Shown here: one piece after another, positions 7,987 to 17,334 of the stretch
Position numbering within the stretch: position 1 is the first letter of the stretch
Layout of the letters: each line of letters begins with the position of its first letter
From: an uncultured Enterobacteriaceae bacterium
Lineage (GTDB): Bacteria > Pseudomonadota > Gammaproteobacteria > Burkholderiales > SG8-39
NCBI GenBank assembly: GCA_964400745.1
Contig: CAYNVY010000003.1
Span: 865-64,864 of the forward strand
Direction of reading: 5' to 3'
Length of the DNA: 64,000 nt
Made by a program: the position numbers and the translations under genes
Notes under the pieces: model-generated
Database searches by the model: none
The model's input: the letters and a program-made list of their open reading frames with translations, nothing else
What the model was told of the DNA's origin: nothing

Positions 7987-8011
7987 GAAAAATGGGGTTC
8001 GAGTTCTCCAT
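7987..8011 (-). terminator. Possible intrinsic terminator after the three-gene operon
   Basis: Minus-strand RNA AUGGAG-AACUCGAA-CCCCAU followed by UUUUU. The stem has 5 of 6 pairs. It starts about 19 nt after the stop at 8030. Confidence 0.4.
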
Positions 8012-8029
8012 CCGCTGGCGCAGGTTCGA

Positions 8030-9283
8030 TCACTTTATGTTGATTTCACAGTCGGCTGCCTTGGCGCCGTCGGTGTAGAACTTCCAGTCCCAGAGCGCGA
8101 CGATGCGTTGCCGGTTCAGCTCGTTGTACCGGGCGCTTTCGGTGACTAAGCCGTCGGCCCTCTTCAAAGCTTGCATCGCGGCGACGCGTTCCCTGTCGAG
8201 GTTTCGGGTGTCGTCGATTCTTGCCTGATAGTCTTCGCAGGAAATCTTCGGATAGTAGACGGCGGGCTTTCTGTACCCGGGGCTCAGGCGCTCGAAGTAT
8301 TCATTGGCCAGGTTGAAATAGGCGGTCTTGTACGGCTGGTCGTGTACCCTCGACATGTCGGCGTAGTCCTTCAGGATGACGTTCTTTTCGTCTTCGCTGA
8401 CGGCCCGATCGGATTTCAGCTTGTCCACCAGCTGCTGCAGCCGGTCGTACGCTTTCGGCATGAAGGTGTTTTCGACCAGCTTGTCGTAGTTCTCACAATC
8501 AGCAAGCTCCGGCAGCCAATGTCTCCGGGTGGTTGATTCAGCCGCATGCGGATTGCCGTCCTCCAGGTCCAACTGCGTGGAGACCTGGTAATTCGCATTC
8601 ACCTCCGCCTTGCACTCCGCCGTGGTCATACCTTCGTACCTGCCTAGTCCGGCAGGCTTGGGCCGGGCCAGGCGCTCGAAAAAATAGTTGCGGCATCCGC
8701 TGGCAAAATGCGGCGGGCCCTGGCAGAGGGAGGCTTTTGCCGGAAGATTGGACTTGGCCCAGTCGCGGCCGGCGAGGAACTGTCCATGACGACGCTCGGC
8801 GATCTGGCTCCGGCATCCGCGTTTGAACTCCGCGGACCCCGGGCATTCCGAACCCCGGATCGGCACCCTTTCCCTGGCCCAGTCGCGGCCGGCGAGAAAC
8901 TGTTCGCTTTCCGGTTCCGTGCGCGAGGCGCGATTGGGCGGCGTGCCGATCGAAGCGACCGGGACGAGCATCAGCATGAACAGCGGCCACAGCGTGACGA
9001 CTAGATAGCCGGCCGCTTTGGTCCTGGCACGCGCATCCTTGAAACTGCGGATCGCATTCAGCAACAATTTCACGAACGCCAGGAGCACCCCCGGCGCAAT
9101 GGCAATGCTCAAATAGCCGAAAACGGCCAGCAAAACGGGATCCGACCTATCCGTGGCCCCGATCAGCTTAATGCCGAGACCGAGGCACTGTGCCAGAACG
9201 GAAAGTGCGATGACGGCAATGGCGGTGCCGTTCAATATCCGGGGCAGGGACGGCCGGTCCATGGTTTCCTGTTCTGTCGTCAT
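8030..9283 (-). CDS. Hypothetical membrane protein (3 predicted TM helices plus a Cys-containing extracytoplasmic region with a tandem 40-aa repeat)
   Basis: The ORF 8030-9544 was trimmed to ATG 9283 (MTTEQETMDRPSLPRILNGTAIAVIALSVLAQ...). It has three hydrophobic helices and the repeat QFLAGRDWA(R/K)...C.G...F..GCR twice. No family recognised. Confidence 0.6.
   Translation of the reverse strand: MTTEQETMDRPSLPRILNGTAIAVIALSVLAQCLGLGIKLIGATDRSDPVLLAVFGYLSIAIAPGVLLAFVKLLLNAIRSFKDARARTKAAGYLVVTLWPLFMLMLVPVASIGTPPNRASRTEPESEQFLAGRDWARERVPIRGSECPGSAEFKRGCRSQIAERRHGQFLAGRDWAKSNLPAKASLCQGPPHFASGCRNYFFERLARPKPAGLGRYEGMTTAECKAEVNANYQVSTQLDLEDGNPHAAESTTRRHWLPELADCENYDKLVENTFMPKAYDRLQQLVDKLKSDRAVSEDEKNVILKDYADMSRVHDQPYKTAYFNLANEYFERLSPGYRKPAVYYPKISCEDYQARIDDTRNLDRERVAAMQALKRADGLVTESARYNELNRQRIVALWDWKFYTDGAKAADCEINIK
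8755..8905. repeat. Internal 120-bp tandem duplication inside the membrane-protein gene
   Basis: TGGCCCAGTCGCGGCCGGCGAG(G/A)AACTGT(C/T)C at 8755-8785 and 8875-8905: 29 of 31 identical, exactly 120 nt apart and in frame. Confidence 0.9.
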
Positions 9284-9314
9284 GTTCTTCGATTGCCCGA
9301 TCCGGCCCGCCGCA

Positions 9315-10799
9315 TCAGTCGCGCGCAAGCGCGTCGCCCATTCGCTGCAATCGCAACCGCACGGGATGCACCGGCTCCAGCGGTGCGTACAACACCTGCA
9401 GTTCGGCGACCGCAGCGCGCAACAAGGCGGCAGCCGCTGAATCGGAAATCGTGAAGCGCCGCCAGCAGTCCGCGTCGATAACGGGAGGCTTCGCAGCCGG
9501 CTCGCACGCCGCCAGCGCCCAGGCCGCGCGAGTCGCGGGCGCATCCCGGTACGCCTGCTCCATCAACTGATTGCTCTGGTCTTTGGGCAGCCAGAGTTCG
9601 GCGCGCGCCAATCGCAGGATGTCAGCGCGAAGTTCGATCGAGCGCAAGGCCGGATAGAGCCCGAGCGCCTCTTCGGGCCGCTCGGCGACGGAAATGCTGC
9701 CGATCACGGCTTTGACGATGCGCGGAATAAACGCCGGATCGGCATTGGGCAGCTCGCTGGCCAGTTTTTTGAAGGTGCCGGGAAAATTCCTGTCCGGCAG
9801 ATACAGCCAGACGCTGGCTCGGGGAGTTTGCGCGCCTGCTTCGGGAACGAGATACATCATCGCTCCGCCGTTTGCCTTCCGGCGCTCGCCGGACAGGGCG
9901 ACCGTGCGGGTGTCCTCGCCCACTTTCGCAACCAGCTCGACCGGCGCGCCGCCTTCGCTATCGAGCGCAATCGACACCGTCAACGCATGACCCGCAAGGT
10001 CCTGCCCGGCGAAATCCATCCACATCCGCCCATCGGCGACGCGGACCCGTAGGCTGTCTTCCGGCTTTGCGTCGGCCCCCCGCGGCACCAGGGGCACGAG
10101 GCGGACTCGCTCCAGCGCAGACTCTAGAGACAGCGCATTGCCCACCGCGATCGGGCCTTGCGCCAGGGCAGGAAATCCCCATTCGCGCCGCTCGCGCGCA
10201 TAGGCCGCACACTCGGCCGCAGTGGGGTTGGTTGCGCATTCCCCGTGCCGGCTTCGGGCGACCAGCGCATCCACGGCGAGCCGGGCTAGCGTGTCGGCGG
10301 AGTCGACGTCGAAGCCCTTGATCTGCAGTCGTTCAGGTTCGATCCAGGCTCTGTTTCGCAGAAAGTCCGCCAGGCGCTTGCGCACCGGGTGATCGCCGCC
10401 GGTAATCGCGCTGCTCGCCTTGGCCGCCACCAGGCGTCCTCTGAGGTCGTAGTCGATGTTTGCCCTAATCGACAGGGTGCGCGCGAGAGGCCATCGTTCC
10501 CCCTTGTCGCAGTTCAATTCCAGTATGCCTTTCGGTTTGCCGTCGGCTGGGGCTGCCTGGGGCAGGATGCAAACGTAGCCGTCCTTCTCGAGGAATTCGA
10601 CGACGGATTCTGCCTTCATGCCGTGATAGGCCCAACGATCGATGCCGGCATAGCCTGGGCTATGGGTTCCGGTATAGAACGCAATGGCAGGATCGACCCC
10701 TGGGGGCAAACTGCCGCTACCGACAAGACTCAGGTCGAGCAACGCCGTCAGCAACGCCGCGACGACCAGGACGATGGCACCCGCGCGCCGCCAACTCAT
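9315..10799 (-). CDS. Hypothetical protein with an N-terminal signal-anchor
   Basis: 494 aa. MSWRRAGAIVLVVAALLTALLDLSLV is hydrophobic. The ATG overlaps the upstream stop (ATGA at 10796-10799). No recognisable catalytic motif. Confidence 0.6.
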   Translation of the reverse strand: MSWRRAGAIVLVVAALLTALLDLSLVGSGSLPPGVDPAIAFYTGTHSPGYAGIDRWAYHGMKAESVVEFLEKDGYVCILPQAAPADGKPKGILELNCDKGERWPLARTLSIRANIDYDLRGRLVAAKASSAITGGDHPVRKRLADFLRNRAWIEPERLQIKGFDVDSADTLARLAVDALVARSRHGECATNPTAAECAAYARERREWGFPALAQGPIAVGNALSLESALERVRLVPLVPRGADAKPEDSLRVRVADGRMWMDFAGQDLAGHALTVSIALDSEGGAPVELVAKVGEDTRTVALSGERRKANGGAMMYLVPEAGAQTPRASVWLYLPDRNFPGTFKKLASELPNADPAFIPRIVKAVIGSISVAERPEEALGLYPALRSIELRADILRLARAELWLPKDQSNQLMEQAYRDAPATRAAWALAACEPAAKPPVIDADCWRRFTISDSAAAALLRAAVAELQVLYAPLEPVHPVRLRLQRMGDALARD

Positions 10800-11425
10800 C
10801 GCGCGGGACCCGCTGCGGCGGGCGCGACGGGAAGCCCGTCTACGGTGATGCGCCAGGTATTCTTCATCTCGGTCTTGTAGGTGAGCGCCACATCCTTGCC
10901 CGAAACGCTGCGCCCATATCGCGCCAGATTGACGTACGGAATGGGCGGCAGCGCAGGCCCCTTGTCCTCGGCCTCGGGCAAGGGGAGCAGACCGCGCAGC
11001 GCGCGCATCGTGTTTGCATAGTATTTGGTGCGCGCGTCGCCATGCTCCTGTGCGACCAATCGATAGCCGTGGCGGCGAAATAGCGCGTCGAAATGGGTAA
11101 AGGTGGCGGCCTGCAGCGCGGCATAGGTCTCGTCCGACGACAGTTTCGTATCCGGCCCCAGTGTCAGCTCTCCGATCAACTCGAGGCTGCGCCGTCCATC
11201 GACTGATTTCTCGCCGCTGTCATAGGTGGCCGCCTGGCTGACACAGGCGCGTATTTGGATCGGCGGCAGATAGGGGAGTTTCCATTCGATGCCGTCGAAA
11301 TCCCGCAGACAGCGCTTGAGTTCTTCCGTGCGCGGCTGTGCTGTCCCGGTCCCTGGCAGCAATAGAAGAACCGGGATCCAGGACAGAATTCCCCGGCAAA
11401 CCCGAAGGCCATTGGGCGTCTTCAT
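10796..11425 (-). CDS. Hypothetical secreted protein
   Basis: The ORF 10796-11716 was trimmed to ATG 11425 (MKTPNGLRVCRGILSWIPVLLLLPGTGTAQP..., signal-peptide-like). 209 aa, no family recognised. Confidence 0.55.
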   Translation of the reverse strand: MKTPNGLRVCRGILSWIPVLLLLPGTGTAQPRTEELKRCLRDFDGIEWKLPYLPPIQIRACVSQAATYDSGEKSVDGRRSLELIGELTLGPDTKLSSDETYAALQAATFTHFDALFRRHGYRLVAQEHGDARTKYYANTMRALRGLLPLPEAEDKGPALPPIPYVNLARYGRSVSGKDVALTYKTEMKNTWRITVDGLPVAPAAAGPAR

Positions 11426-11795
11426 CTCAGCAGTGCTGGTGTGAGATTGGGTGGAGTCGATTTGGATTCGGGATACCGATTGTTTGAATTTTCCAGAGAT
11501 CGAAAGCGCGAGCAACGATGCGACCGCGAAACTCGGAAACCTTAACGTGTTCGTCCGGCAACAATCCGTCCGACCGATATCGCTTCGCGCCGCCCGATTC
11601 GATCGCTGCAGAAACACTCGGGCGGGCACAAATGCGTTCGATGGCGCGTCCAGCCCAACGCGCGCGTGCGCTGGCAGTTTCGGGAGCAGTTCGCTGTAGA
11701 TCGGCGAAGCCGGCAATCTTTAGGCGAGGCTGCAAAACAGGCATAGCCAAGAGCACCATAAAATGCGGTCATGTTCACGCCCTCGCGGATCCGCG

Positions 11796-13358
11796 CTACA
11801 TCGACGCGATGATCGCACGGATGACTTTCGCGTCGGAGAATGTAATCTTCTTCGTCATGGCACGTCCACGCGAATCATTTAAGGGCAGACCCGCAAAGTC
11901 CCGTTCGAGCACGATCTGATAGTCCTCGTGGCCCTTGCCGGCCACGACCAGGACGTCGCCGGAACGCAATGCGGAAAGCGCGCGTTCCAAGGCTACACGG
12001 CGCGGGCCGGCGTTCGTTGCACGCGTGGTGCCCGAGAGAACCTGATTTCGGATGGCGTCCGGGTCTTCGGTGCGCGGATTGTCATCCGTCACCCAAACGC
12101 AATCGGCGAATTTCTCGGCAATGCGGCCCATGATGGGGCGCTTGCCCGGATCGCGATCGCCCCCGCATCCGAAGAGCACATGGAGTTTGTCTTTCGCGCC
12201 GACGTGCGGGCGCACGCTGCGCAGAACGTTGTGAAGGGCATCGGGCGTATGCGCGTAGTCCACGTAGACCGCCGCGCCGTGGGCGAGAACGGCGGCGAGT
12301 TCGAGGCGCCCCGGAACGCTGGTCAGGCGAGCGACGCCGGCAATTGCACGGTCGGTCGCCACGCCCGTGCCTATGGCCAAACCGAGCGCGCATAGGATGT
12401 TCTCCGCTTGAAACGCACCGGCCACCGGCGCCTCCACTTCATATGCGGCACCGAACACCGACAGCTTCAGCGTTTGTCCCTGTGTGTGCGGGACTCGATC
12501 GAGCACCACGAGGTCGGCGCCGCTTTCTGCTTCGCCATAGGAGATGACGCTGATCCCTCTTGACCGCATTGCCGAGGCGACCTGAATACCCGGCATGTCG
12601 CGGGTGTTGATGACAGCCACGCCGTCGGCTTTGAGCCGCTCGTTGAAGAGCCTCATCTTGGCCTGGAAGTAGTGCTCCATCGACAGGTGGTAGTCGAGGT
12701 GATCCTGGGTGAGATTGGTAAAGCCCGCTGCGTCGAATGTGACGCCGGCCAGTCGCTGCTGATCGAGGGCGTGGCTAGACGCCTCCATCGCAAGATGGGT
12801 AACGCCGTGCGCGCGCTCCAGTTCTCCGAGCATGATATGCAGGGTTTTCGCGTCGTACGTGGTCAGTCCCGCTTCAAGTTTGGAGTAGCTCTTGCCGCGG
12901 CCCTGCAAGCCCAGGGTTCCCAGACTGACTGCATTGCGGCCGTCCTCGTCCCACAGGTCGCGCAGAAAGCACACCGTGGAGGTCTTGCCGTTGGTGCCGG
13001 TGACAGATGCGATCGTGACCGGACGGCCGGAATGAAAGTCGGCCGCCACCCGCGCATGGAATCCGCGTATGTCCCGGACGCGCAGGACGGCGATCTTTTC
13101 GCGCTCGTACTCGTTGAGACCCAGCGCTTCGTCGCGCGTGCCTTCCGGAACGGCGATGGCCTGCGCACCCTTGGCCGCGGCCTGCGAGCAGAACGCGAGG
13201 CCATGGTCTTTGGTGCCCGGCAGGGCGCAGAACAGGTAGCCGAAACGAACATCCCTGGAATCGTCGGTAACCCCGGAAATGAAAAGGTCTTTCGTTTCTG
13301 GCGTGTCCGGCCGCAGCGTGCCAACGCCGTGCTTCGCCCACAGATCGCCTAATCTCAT
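11796..13358 (-). CDS. murE: UDP-N-acetylmuramoyl-L-alanyl-D-glutamate--2,6-diaminopimelate ligase, stand-alone copy outside any visible dcw cluster
   Basis: 520 aa. It carries the Mur ligase P-loop GTNGKTST, the meso-DAP specificity motif DNPR (VTDDNPRTEDP), and AGKGHEDYQ. Confidence 0.85.
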   Translation of the reverse strand: MRLGDLWAKHGVGTLRPDTPETKDLFISGVTDDSRDVRFGYLFCALPGTKDHGLAFCSQAAAKGAQAIAVPEGTRDEALGLNEYEREKIAVLRVRDIRGFHARVAADFHSGRPVTIASVTGTNGKTSTVCFLRDLWDEDGRNAVSLGTLGLQGRGKSYSKLEAGLTTYDAKTLHIMLGELERAHGVTHLAMEASSHALDQQRLAGVTFDAAGFTNLTQDHLDYHLSMEHYFQAKMRLFNERLKADGVAVINTRDMPGIQVASAMRSRGISVISYGEAESGADLVVLDRVPHTQGQTLKLSVFGAAYEVEAPVAGAFQAENILCALGLAIGTGVATDRAIAGVARLTSVPGRLELAAVLAHGAAVYVDYAHTPDALHNVLRSVRPHVGAKDKLHVLFGCGGDRDPGKRPIMGRIAEKFADCVWVTDDNPRTEDPDAIRNQVLSGTTRATNAGPRRVALERALSALRSGDVLVVAGKGHEDYQIVLERDFAGLPLNDSRGRAMTKKITFSDAKVIRAIIASM

Positions 13359-13627
13359 ATTGATCTTATTTTACACGGCGATGGCGGACTGCCAATCAAG
13401 CATTTCTTGGGTCAATTTTCGCTACGCACATCGCCACAGCGCCGGTGCTGATCCTCGCAAACGCAAACGACATGCAGCGCCTTGGATCGGTCGCTCGGCT
13501 TCTCAATCATGCTTTGAGCCAGATCCTTCCGGTTACACCCGGAGACCGCTGGATCTGTCGCGTGTCGGTCGCGCCCCCCGGAGCAATAGCTTGCCCACAC
13601 TCCTGATAAGGGTATACCATCGACGTG

Positions 13628-13668
13628 GTTGCACGGTTCCACGCCTTGTTCCACGCCTTGGTTCAACG
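13628..13668 (+). promoter_or_regulatory. Iterated GTT(G/C)(C/A)ACG motif (4 copies, including a perfect 12-bp tandem GTTCCACGCCTT x2) upstream of the ABC operon
   Basis: GTTGCACG 13628-13635, GTTCCACG 13636-13643, GTTCCACG 13648-13655, GTTCAACG 13661-13668. The last copy is 38 nt before ATG 13706. Confidence 0.6.
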
Positions 13669-13705
13669 ACTTTGGACAGACCACCAAAATAAGGGGGAAG
13701 AGAAC

Positions 13706-14968
13706 ATGATAGAACTACGCAAGACTACGGCAATTCTGACGGCGCTGGCGATGCTCGCGCTGACAGGGTGCGGGCAAAAGTCGCCGGGCGGAGACGCGGC
13801 GGCCACATTCAAGATCGGCGTGGTTGCGCCCCTTACGGGCCCCGCGGCGGAAGCGGGCACGGCCATCAAACAGGCGGCGATGATGGCGGCCGATGAGGTC
13901 AACGCCAAAGGTGGCGTCGACGCCGGCGGAAAGAAAGTGAAACTGGAACTGCTGTTCGAAGATTCCACTTCCAAACCGGAGGTCGGCGTGTCCGTGGCCG
14001 AGAAACTGCTCGGGCGCGACAAGGTGAACCTCCTGGTCGGCGAGGCTTTCCACAGCAGCGTCACCATGGCGATCATGGAAATGGCCGCCAAGAATCCGGA
14101 CGTCCCCTTCGTTAGCTGGGAGCCGGTCTCGGGCGCGATCACCGAAAAGGTAATAAAGGAGCCGGCCAAGTACGCCAACTACTGGAAGTTCGACTTCGAC
14201 TCCTCGGGCTACGCCCGCACCGTCTTCAGCACCATCAAGTGGCTGGTCGACGGCGGACAACTCAAGCCCAGCGCCAAGACGGTGGCCTTCGTCGTCGAGG
14301 ACACCGACTACGGCCGCTCCAACGCCACCGACGCCAAGGCCCTTTTCGAGGCGGACGGCTGGAAGTCGGTCGCAATTGAAACGGTGCCGCTGGGCCACAC
14401 CGACTTCTATCCGCAGATGAACAAGCTGAAAGGCCTCAAACCCGACGCGCTGGTTACCGTGTTCACCGCCTTGGGTTCGGGCGTCGCCTTTGCCAAGCAG
14501 ACTCAGGAAATTGGTCTTACGGCCACCCAAATGGCGGTCTACTACCCGACGCGGCCCGAGTTCATCCCGCAGGCTGGCAAGGCCTCCGAAGGGCTGCTCT
14601 GGACACCGCTCATGTTCGCCCCGGACGCCATCGTCTCGCAAAAACCCATGGCAGAGGCGATCAAGGCGAAATACAACGTCAGCGCCACCTCGGACCATGC
14701 CTACGGTTACGACGGCGTCATGATCATCGTCAACGCGATTTCTAAAGCCGGCTCCATCGAAGGCAAGAAAGTCAACGAAGCGCTGTCCAAGACCGATTTC
14801 AAAGGAATCCTTGGTCGCTACGTGTTCGATGAGAAGGGCCACAACGCGAAGGACGGCCCGGATTTCCTGCCCATCCCCACCGCCCAGATTCAAGACGGCA
14901 AGAACGTCGTGATCTGGCCAGCCGGCGTCGCAACCGGCAAGTACGCACCACCGGCCGCGACTAAGTGA
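13706..14968 (+). CDS. ABC transporter substrate-binding lipoprotein, branched-chain-amino-acid (HAAT/LivK-like) family
   Basis: The ORF was trimmed to ATG 13706, preceded by AAGGGGGAAG. It has the lipobox LALTGC and type-I periplasmic binding protein features (KIGVVAPLTGPAAEAG). Confidence 0.8.
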   Translation: MIELRKTTAILTALAMLALTGCGQKSPGGDAAATFKIGVVAPLTGPAAEAGTAIKQAAMMAADEVNAKGGVDAGGKKVKLELLFEDSTSKPEVGVSVAEKLLGRDKVNLLVGEAFHSSVTMAIMEMAAKNPDVPFVSWEPVSGAITEKVIKEPAKYANYWKFDFDSSGYARTVFSTIKWLVDGGQLKPSAKTVAFVVEDTDYGRSNATDAKALFEADGWKSVAIETVPLGHTDFYPQMNKLKGLKPDALVTVFTALGSGVAFAKQTQEIGLTATQMAVYYPTRPEFIPQAGKASEGLLWTPLMFAPDAIVSQKPMAEAIKAKYNVSATSDHAYGYDGVMIIVNAISKAGSIEGKKVNEALSKTDFKGILGRYVFDEKGHNAKDGPDFLPIPTAQIQDGKNVVIWPAGVATGKYAPPAATK

Positions 14969-14990
14969 CGCCAGTCAAGTAGTCATACGC

Positions 14991-15740
14991 GTGCCTACCG
15001 AGATCCTTCTGGAGGTGGAGCGGGTGACGATGGCGTTCGACGGCCTGCGGGCCCTAGACGATGTCAGCCTGCAACTGTACAAAGGGGAAATTCTCGGCCT
15101 GATCGGCCCGAACGGCGCCGGCAAGACAACCCTGTTCAACGTGATCGCAGGGGTCTGCCGGCCGACCGAAGGGAGGGCTCTCTTGGGCGGGCGCGATATC
15201 ACCGCGTTGCAGCCGCACGAACGCTGCCACCTCGGCATCGCCCGCACCTTTCAGATCTCCAAGCCTTTCCTCAACATGAGCCTGCTGGAGAACGTCGCCG
15301 TGGGCGCGTACTTCGGCAGGCCGGGAAAGCTGAGCTTGCCGCAATCGCTGGAGAAGGCGGCGGAGTTGCTGGAGCGTGTCGGACTGGGCGGCGGCAAGGA
15401 CGCGCCGGCTTCGGGTCTGACGCTGGGCCAACGCAAGAAGCTGGAGCTCTGCCGGGCGCTCTCGACCGGCCCGGAGGTTCTGCTGCTGGACGAAGTGGTG
15501 GCGGGCTTGAGCCCCACAGAAGTCGGCGAAATGGTCGAAGTCATCCGCTCGATCAACGCGGCGGGCGTCACCATCCTGATCATCGAGCACGTACTCAAAG
15601 CCCTGATGGCAGTGAGCGAACGGGTGATGGTGCTCAATTTCGGCAAACACCTGGCCGATGGCACTCCACAGGAGATCGTCAACAACGAAGAAGTCATCCG
15701 GGCCTACCTGGGCGGGAAGGCGAAGCATGCTCAAGGTTGA
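14991..15740 (+). CDS. ABC transporter ATP-binding protein (LivG-like)
   Basis: GTG start. Walker A GPNGAGKTT and Walker B LLLDEVVAGL. Confidence 0.85.
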   Translation: MPTEILLEVERVTMAFDGLRALDDVSLQLYKGEILGLIGPNGAGKTTLFNVIAGVCRPTEGRALLGGRDITALQPHERCHLGIARTFQISKPFLNMSLLENVAVGAYFGRPGKLSLPQSLEKAAELLERVGLGGGKDAPASGLTLGQRKKLELCRALSTGPEVLLLDEVVAGLSPTEVGEMVEVIRSINAAGVTILIIEHVLKALMAVSERVMVLNFGKHLADGTPQEIVNNEEVIRAYLGGKAKHAQG

Positions 15741-16431
15741 CGCCATCGATGTGTTCTACGGCGATGCCCAGGCGCTGGATGCGGTTTCGCTCGAGGTGAA
15801 CGAAGGGGAGATCGTGACCCTGGTCGGCTCCAACGGTGCCGGCAAGACGACTACGCTGCGCACCCTCTCCGGCCTCTTGCGCCCGCGCAAGGGTGCCATC
15901 ACCATGCACGGCACCCGCCTGGACAAGCCGCCCGCGCACACGGTGGTAAGCATGGGCATCGCTCACGTCCCCGAGGGGCGTTGTCTGTTTCCGCAGATGA
16001 GCGTGTGGGAGAACCTGACCCTGGGCGCGTATAACACCTCCGCCTGGAACGAGCGCGCGGAAGCGATCGAACGCGTGTACAAACTGTTCCCGGTGCTCAA
16101 GAGCCGCTCCGTCCAGCTCGCGGGGACGCTCTCGGGCGGCGAGCAGCAGATGTGCGCGATCGGCCGCGCCCTGATGTCACGGCCGAAACTGTTGATGCTG
16201 GACGAACCGTCGCTCGGCCTCGCGCCCAACCTGGTGGAGATGATCTTTCAGATCATCGAGGAGATCAACCAATCCGGAATCACCATCCTGCTGGTAGAGC
16301 AGAACGCCTACCTCGCCCTGCAGATGGCGGATCGCGCCTACGTGCTGGAAAACGGCAAAGTCAGCCTCAGCGGCCCGGGCCGCGAGGTCGCGGACAACGA
16401 ATACGTCCGCCAGGCCTATCTCGGACTATGA
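15727..16431 (+). CDS. ABC transporter ATP-binding protein (LivF-like)
   Basis: Trimmed to ATG 15727 (MLKVDAIDVFYGDAQAL...). Walker A GSNGAGKTT, signature LSGGEQQM. 14-nt overlap with the upstream gene. Confidence 0.85.
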   Translation: MLKVDAIDVFYGDAQALDAVSLEVNEGEIVTLVGSNGAGKTTTLRTLSGLLRPRKGAITMHGTRLDKPPAHTVVSMGIAHVPEGRCLFPQMSVWENLTLGAYNTSAWNERAEAIERVYKLFPVLKSRSVQLAGTLSGGEQQMCAIGRALMSRPKLLMLDEPSLGLAPNLVEMIFQIIEEINQSGITILLVEQNAYLALQMADRAYVLENGKVSLSGPGREVADNEYVRQAYLGL

Positions 16432-16458
16432 CGGGGAGCGTTTTATGGGGAGCGTCAA

Positions 16459-17331
16459 TTGACCATTCGATTGATTGAACAGCTTCTGAACGGATTAGTG
16501 CTGGGGTCGATCTACGCGCTGGTGGCGAGCGGCCTCTCCCTGATCTGGGGTTCGATGAAGATGCTCAACTTCGCGCACGGCGAGCTTTATATGCTCGGGG
16601 GCTTTGCCACTTATTACGCAATGAGCCTGCTCGGCCTGCCCTGGTGGCTCGCGATCCCGCTCGCGATGGTGCTGATCCTTTTTCTCGGCTTCGGCATCGA
16701 AAAGCTGACGGTCGAGCCGCTGCTGCGCCGGCCGGGCTGGGATTACACCCCGATCATCACCACCTTGGGCTTGTCGATTTTTCTGCAGAACGCAGCCCTG
16801 CTCGTCTTCGGCGAGCGGTTCAAGAACCTGCCCTACTTCGTCGAGGGGAACGGAACCTACTTCGGCATTCGCATGGCCTACCAGCGGATTCTGATTCTCG
16901 CGGTTTCCGTCGCAGTCATCGTCCTTTTCGCGCAATTCCTGCGGCGCTCCAAGCTGGGCATGGCGCTGCGCGCCGTGGCCCAGGACCGCGACGCCGCGAC
17001 ACTGCAGGGCATCGACGTGCAAGGCACATACAAGTGGACTTTCGGCATCTCGGGGGCTCTGGCGGCGCTGGCGGCAGCGATGGTGGCCCCGATCTTCGCC
17101 ATCAATCCCTGGATGGGCGGAACGCTGCTGATCAAGGCCTTCGTCGTCTGCGTAGTGGGCGGACTGGGAGATCTTCGCGGAGCGATCCTGGGCGGCATCC
17201 TGCTCGGTACGGCGGAAAGTCTGGCGGTGGTATTTCTCTCGTCCGAATGGAAGGACGTCGTTTCCTTCGCCATTCTGATCATCGTCCTTTGGGTCCGTCC
17301 TTCGGGCTTCTTCGGAACTAAGGAGTGGTAA
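16459..17331 (+). CDS. ABC transporter permease (LivH-like)
   Basis: TTG start. 290 aa, polytopic and hydrophobic, with LivH-type N-terminus LLNGLVLGSIYALVASGLSLIWG. Confidence 0.8.
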   Translation: MTIRLIEQLLNGLVLGSIYALVASGLSLIWGSMKMLNFAHGELYMLGGFATYYAMSLLGLPWWLAIPLAMVLILFLGFGIEKLTVEPLLRRPGWDYTPIITTLGLSIFLQNAALLVFGERFKNLPYFVEGNGTYFGIRMAYQRILILAVSVAVIVLFAQFLRRSKLGMALRAVAQDRDAATLQGIDVQGTYKWTFGISGALAALAAAMVAPIFAINPWMGGTLLIKAFVVCVVGGLGDLRGAILGGILLGTAESLAVVFLSSEWKDVVSFAILIIVLWVRPSGFFGTKEW

Positions 17332-17334
17332 GCC

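Noticed and set aside
7990-8012. GGGGTTCGAGTTCTCC, reminiscent of a tRNA T-arm
   Set aside because: The flanking bases do not form a T-stem, and no acceptor, anticodon or D arms can be drawn on either strand. It fits better as a weak terminator hairpin on the minus strand.
11426-11795. 370-nt non-coding gap downstream of murE, including GATGCGACCGCGA resembling part of the repeated cassette
   Set aside because: Only a 13-nt match exists, without the other cassette blocks. The small ORFs here (11427-11759 minus, 11518-11919 plus) have implausible composition. No RNA family or convincing promoter could be drawn by eye.
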